In this document: piece after piece, positions 57,693-60,721 of the stretch | Position numbering within the stretch: the first letter of the stretch is position 1 | Layout: every line of letters starts with the position of its first letter | From: Clostridiales bacterium UBA1206 | GTDB lineage: Bacteria; Bacillota; Clostridia; Oscillospirales; CAG-382 | Length of the DNA: 60,721 nt | Reading direction: 5' to 3' | Assembly (NCBI GenBank): GCA_002310055.1 | Contig: DBXS01000011.1 | Coordinates: 1 to 60,721 of the forward strand | Position numbers and translations under genes: made by a program | The notes under the pieces: model-generated | Databases searched by the model: none | What the model saw: the letters and a program-made list of their open reading frames with translations, nothing else | Told to the model about the DNA's origin: nothing

Positions 57693-58596
57693 AAACGAAA
57701 TCCCCGTAAAAATATAAACTCACCGTGCCCTCCATATCCGTACGCAGCGTTTTTATTCCGAGCGATATCAGCGTGTTCGTCACACGGCTGTGCGGATGCC
57801 CGTAATCGTTGTCTTTTCCGCACGAAATGACAGCGTATTTGGGCGATACCGTCCGCAAAAACGCGCGCGTGCTGGAATATTTTGAACCGTGGTGGCCTAT
57901 TTTGATGACGTCGGATCTGAGCTCGCTTGCCGTGTAGTTGCGCATCAGCCACTGTTCGGTGACTTCGCCGGCGTCCGCCATAAAAATCATCGAGTTTGCG
58001 CCGTATGTCATACGCATCACAATGCTCGATTCATTCATATCTTCGGAAAGCGTCTGCGGCGAAAGGATCCTGAATTCCGCGCCCGAGACGTTGAACGTGT
58101 AGCCGGCCTTGCCTTCAATTACGTTTATGTCTTTCTGGTTTTCGAGCTCGTCGAGCAGTTCCCCGTAAGAATACGAAGCGCCGACCATATCTATCATAAT
58201 AACGTTTTTGGTCTTAAAATTCTGCAGTACTTTTTTGGCGTTGCCTATGTGGTCGCCGTGCGGATGAGTGAGCACCATATATTCTATCTCGTCGACGCCG
58301 TAGCGTATGAGCAGATTCAGCATAGTGTTGTCCGGGAAATAATACCCGGTGTCTATAAGGATATTCTTGCTTTCCGCCGTAGTGATCAGTATACTGTCGC
58401 CTTGCCCGACGTCGAGTGCCCGAACGGTCAGAACCCCGCGGGCAACAGGGTCTGTCTCGTTAGAACGGTCGGCGTTTTTGCCGCGAAATAGTAAAAAATA
58501 CAGCGTAAGAGCGACGGCGGCGATGAGCAATACGCAGACGACTGCTATCACTATACGCTTTTTATTATTTTTGTTCTTTTGCGCGACGTAACGCAT
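57673..58596 (-). CDS. ComEC-type metallo-beta-lactamase-fold hydrolase
   Basis: LDVGQGD, THPHGDHIG, GHHGS, YGHP; N-terminal TM. Confidence 0.92.
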   Translation of the reverse strand: MRYVAQKNKNNKKRIVIAVVCVLLIAAVALTLYFLLFRGKNADRSNETDPVARGVLTVRALDVGQGDSILITTAESKNILIDTGYYFPDNTMLNLLIRYGVDEIEYMVLTHPHGDHIGNAKKVLQNFKTKNVIMIDMVGASYSYGELLDELENQKDINVIEGKAGYTFNVSGAEFRILSPQTLSEDMNESSIVMRMTYGANSMIFMADAGEVTEQWLMRNYTASELRSDVIKIGHHGSKYSSTRAFLRTVSPKYAVISCGKDNDYGHPHSRVTNTLISLGIKTLRTDMEGTVSLYFYGDFVSTEPPR

Positions 58597-58649
58597 TTTT
58601 CCATCACCGTTTTTTATTATAGCACAAGTTTTTGCAAAAGGGAATACCA

Positions 58650-60005
58650 ATGTCAAAAAAACAGATATTTTGCGGAATCAGAATTGAGAATATGACAAAT
58701 CTCGGCGCCGGGGTCGGCAAGCTTCCCGACGGGCGCGTGGTTTTTGTGAAGAACGGCGTTACCGGCGACGTGCTGGATATCGAGATAATCAAAGAGACCG
58801 CCGCTTATTCCGTCGCGGCGATATGCGGCGCGGAAATCGAATCCGAATACAGAGTGCGTGATCTTTGCGAGCCGTACAAGAAGTGCGGCGGATGCGTTTT
58901 CAGGCATATAGATTACGAATACGAAAAACAGATAAAACGCGGCTACGTCGTGAACGCCTTCAAAAAGATCGCGGGGATCGATATCGATCCCGAGCCCGTG
59001 GTCACCTATAAAAGCGACCGCTACCGCAACAACGTTCGCTTTCCGCTGGGCAAAGACGAAAGCGGCAAAATCTTTGCGGGGTTCTATTCCGAATCGAGCC
59101 ACCGGCTGGTAAAGGTCGAAAAATGCCTTGCGCAGAAAGAATGCTTTGATAACGTGCTTGCGCAGACGCTTGCGATACTCAACGACGCCGGCTTTTCGGT
59201 GTACGACGAATCATCCGGCTCCGGCGAGCTGCGCTATCTATGCCTGCGCTGCAACCGCGAAAACGACGTTTCGGTCTGCATAGTTGTAAACTCCGGCGCT
59301 GTTTCGGCAAAGCTTGCGTCTGCCGCCGGACGTATCGCGCGCATAAATAACGTCTGCGGCGTTTACGCAAATTTGAACGCCGAAAAGACCAACGTCATCT
59401 TCGGCGAAAAAACGTTTACGCTCTGCGAAAACAAACCGCTGTACGAAACGATCTGCGGCAAGCGGTTCCTCGTCTCTCCGCGCTCGTTTTTCCAGGTGAA
59501 TACCGAGACCGCCGAAATGCTTTTTTACAAAGCCGCGGAATACGCGGAATGCGGCGGCGGAGTGTTTCTGGACCTCTACTGCGGCACCGGCACCGTGGGT
59601 ATATGCGTGTCGCCGCCAGACTGCGCGCTGTACGGGTGCGATATCATCCCCGAAGCGGTGGAAAACGCCCGCGCCAACGCGCTTGCCGACGGAAGGGAAC
59701 GTTTTCGCTACGATTGCGCCGACGCTTCCGAAGGCATCGCCGCGTGTATGCGCGAATACGGCAGGATCGATACGCTTATCGTCGACCCGCCGCGCAAGGG
59801 GCTTTCGCCGCAGACCGTAAACGCCGTGGGCGAAAGCGGCGTGAACAGATTCGTGTATATCTCGTGCAATCCCGATACTCTCGCGCGCGACGTAAAGGAA
59901 CTTTCGCGTTTCGGTTTCGCCGCGGGACGCGCCGCGCTGTTCGACCTCTTCCCGCGGACGAGCCATGTGGAGACGGTGGTATTGATGTCTCGAGCCGGGT
60001 CGTGA
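58650..60005 (+). CDS. rlmD: 23S rRNA (uracil-5)-methyltransferase RlmD/RumA
   Basis: TRAM domain, CGGC, SFFQVN, DLYCGTG, DPPRKG, YISCNP, DLFPRTSHVETV. Confidence 0.95.
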   Translation: MSKKQIFCGIRIENMTNLGAGVGKLPDGRVVFVKNGVTGDVLDIEIIKETAAYSVAAICGAEIESEYRVRDLCEPYKKCGGCVFRHIDYEYEKQIKRGYVVNAFKKIAGIDIDPEPVVTYKSDRYRNNVRFPLGKDESGKIFAGFYSESSHRLVKVEKCLAQKECFDNVLAQTLAILNDAGFSVYDESSGSGELRYLCLRCNRENDVSVCIVVNSGAVSAKLASAAGRIARINNVCGVYANLNAEKTNVIFGEKTFTLCENKPLYETICGKRFLVSPRSFFQVNTETAEMLFYKAAEYAECGGGVFLDLYCGTGTVGICVSPPDCALYGCDIIPEAVENARANALADGRERFRYDCADASEGIAACMREYGRIDTLIVDPPRKGLSPQTVNAVGESGVNRFVYISCNPDTLARDVKELSRFGFAAGRAALFDLFPRTSHVETVVLMSRAGS

Positions 60006-60068
60006 CTACAGATTAGGTGGATTATGTAAAATAGCAAGGGAAAATCATAGCATAGGAGGATCAGATGA

Positions 60069-60458
60069 ATGGATTATCGTATAATATCCGATGAGAAAGA
60101 TGCCGCAACTTTTTTAGCGGAAGCGAACGGATTGCATGATGGATATATTGTCTCAGTTAATTATCAACATCAAGGCTATACCTGGGGCAATCCAATATAT
60201 ATTGACCCTGAAAAGACAAAAATGGTCCTTTGTGTCATGGTTACGAGCATCTATGATACGCTTATTGAAATTGTTTTTGAAAGCATAAAAGATTTTCAAA
60301 TTAAAGATGCCGACTATGAACTACTAGATTCATCGATATCCTTTTCTAAGGACGGATATGTAACTTGGTGTGGTGATTGCTCGACTGAACCTGACTCTTT
60401 ACGCGATTCCAATTTTGTTATTTCTAAGGTGATGAAGTGGCGAATCGTTTCGCCTTGA
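60069..60458 (+). CDS. Hypothetical protein (AT-rich, first gene after the rlmD hotspot)
   Basis: 129 aa, AGGAGG RBS, LHDG motif near the N-terminus. Confidence 0.75.
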   Translation: MDYRIISDEKDAATFLAEANGLHDGYIVSVNYQHQGYTWGNPIYIDPEKTKMVLCVMVTSIYDTLIEIVFESIKDFQIKDADYELLDSSISFSKDGYVTWCGDCSTEPDSLRDSNFVISKVMKWRIVSP

Positions 60459-60601
60459 CGGCTTCTATCCATGTTTTCGAACAGATTCTGGTTAGACTTA
60501 ATATCTTCGCTATTGTCTCTTCCGTTTTAGAAATGGTAACTAAGCCACGAGGACGGTTGAGTTATCAGCGTGAATAACAGCATTTTTATATAGGGGATAC
60601 C

Positions 60602-60697
60602 AGCCACCATCCTGATCCGAATGATCCGGACGCGGCTGAACAGATTGACGAGCAATTCCCGGATGGAATGTTCAGATTTGAGAAAACGATGAAATAG
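60602..60697 (+). pseudogene. C-terminal gene remnant, possibly GNAT-family
   Basis: SHHPDPNDPD...FPDGMFRFEKTMK* with no convincing start; family call from memory only. Confidence 0.35.
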
Positions 60698-60721
60698 ATA
60701 AATCGTAATTTACGGAGGTCA

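Noticed and set aside
26173-59966. Long antisense ORFs (e.g. 26173-27363, 32280-33233, 37795-38799, 41300-42490, 46585-47931, 51397-52380)
   Set aside because: Shadow frames opposite well-supported genes, as expected from GC-rich codon bias; no RBS or motifs
1-60721. CRISPR array, rRNA, integrase/transposase, reverse transcriptase
   Set aside because: No regularly spaced repeats or diagnostic motifs seen by eye; weak or degenerate repeats could have been missed

Overview
Chromosomal window from a moderately GC-rich, probably spore-forming Clostridia-class Firmicute (spoIIID, GAAC-N4-GTTC SOS box, thiT/TPP riboswitch). Bases 1 to about 22,700 form a mosaic accessory/defence island lying 3' of a tRNA-Lys gene. 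(i) It opens with a highly structured element end that abuts a 5'-truncated hsdM right at its DPACGSG motif. (ii) A type I R-M operon follows, carrying a Hanks-type Ser/Thr kinase and a small unknown gene between hsdS and hsdR. (iii) An approximately 13 kb block holds two soluble (TM-less) FtsH-like AAA+/M41 proteases, a catalytically dead alpha/beta-hydrolase, an AT-rich HEXXH metallopeptidase plus unknown gene pair, a CFI-box-CTERM protein, a PPP phosphatase and a WYL-glycosylase-nuclease operon. Two recurring palindromic sites with fixed promoter geometry appear to tie this block together: GTACC-N6-GGTAC-like (4 copies, one over the WYL promoter) and GGACA-N5-TGTCC (2 copies, near an XRE gene). 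This is the best candidate for an undescribed system. Bases 22,700 to 60,000 are mostly housekeeping: recA-recX-rimO-pgsA-cysS-mrnC-lexA, hpt, a Na+-decarboxylase cluster, thiT-thiN, three tRNA-Ser, mnmA, rbsK, spoIIID, galE, nagA-ROK, galM, nth, a degenerate rnfC/D cluster and rlmD. AT-rich DNA starts directly after the rlmD 3' end, a known integration hotspot. No CRISPR array, rRNA or integrase gene was seen. All calls come from reading motifs by eye, with no database searches; several start codons were moved from the ORF track based on RBS position.
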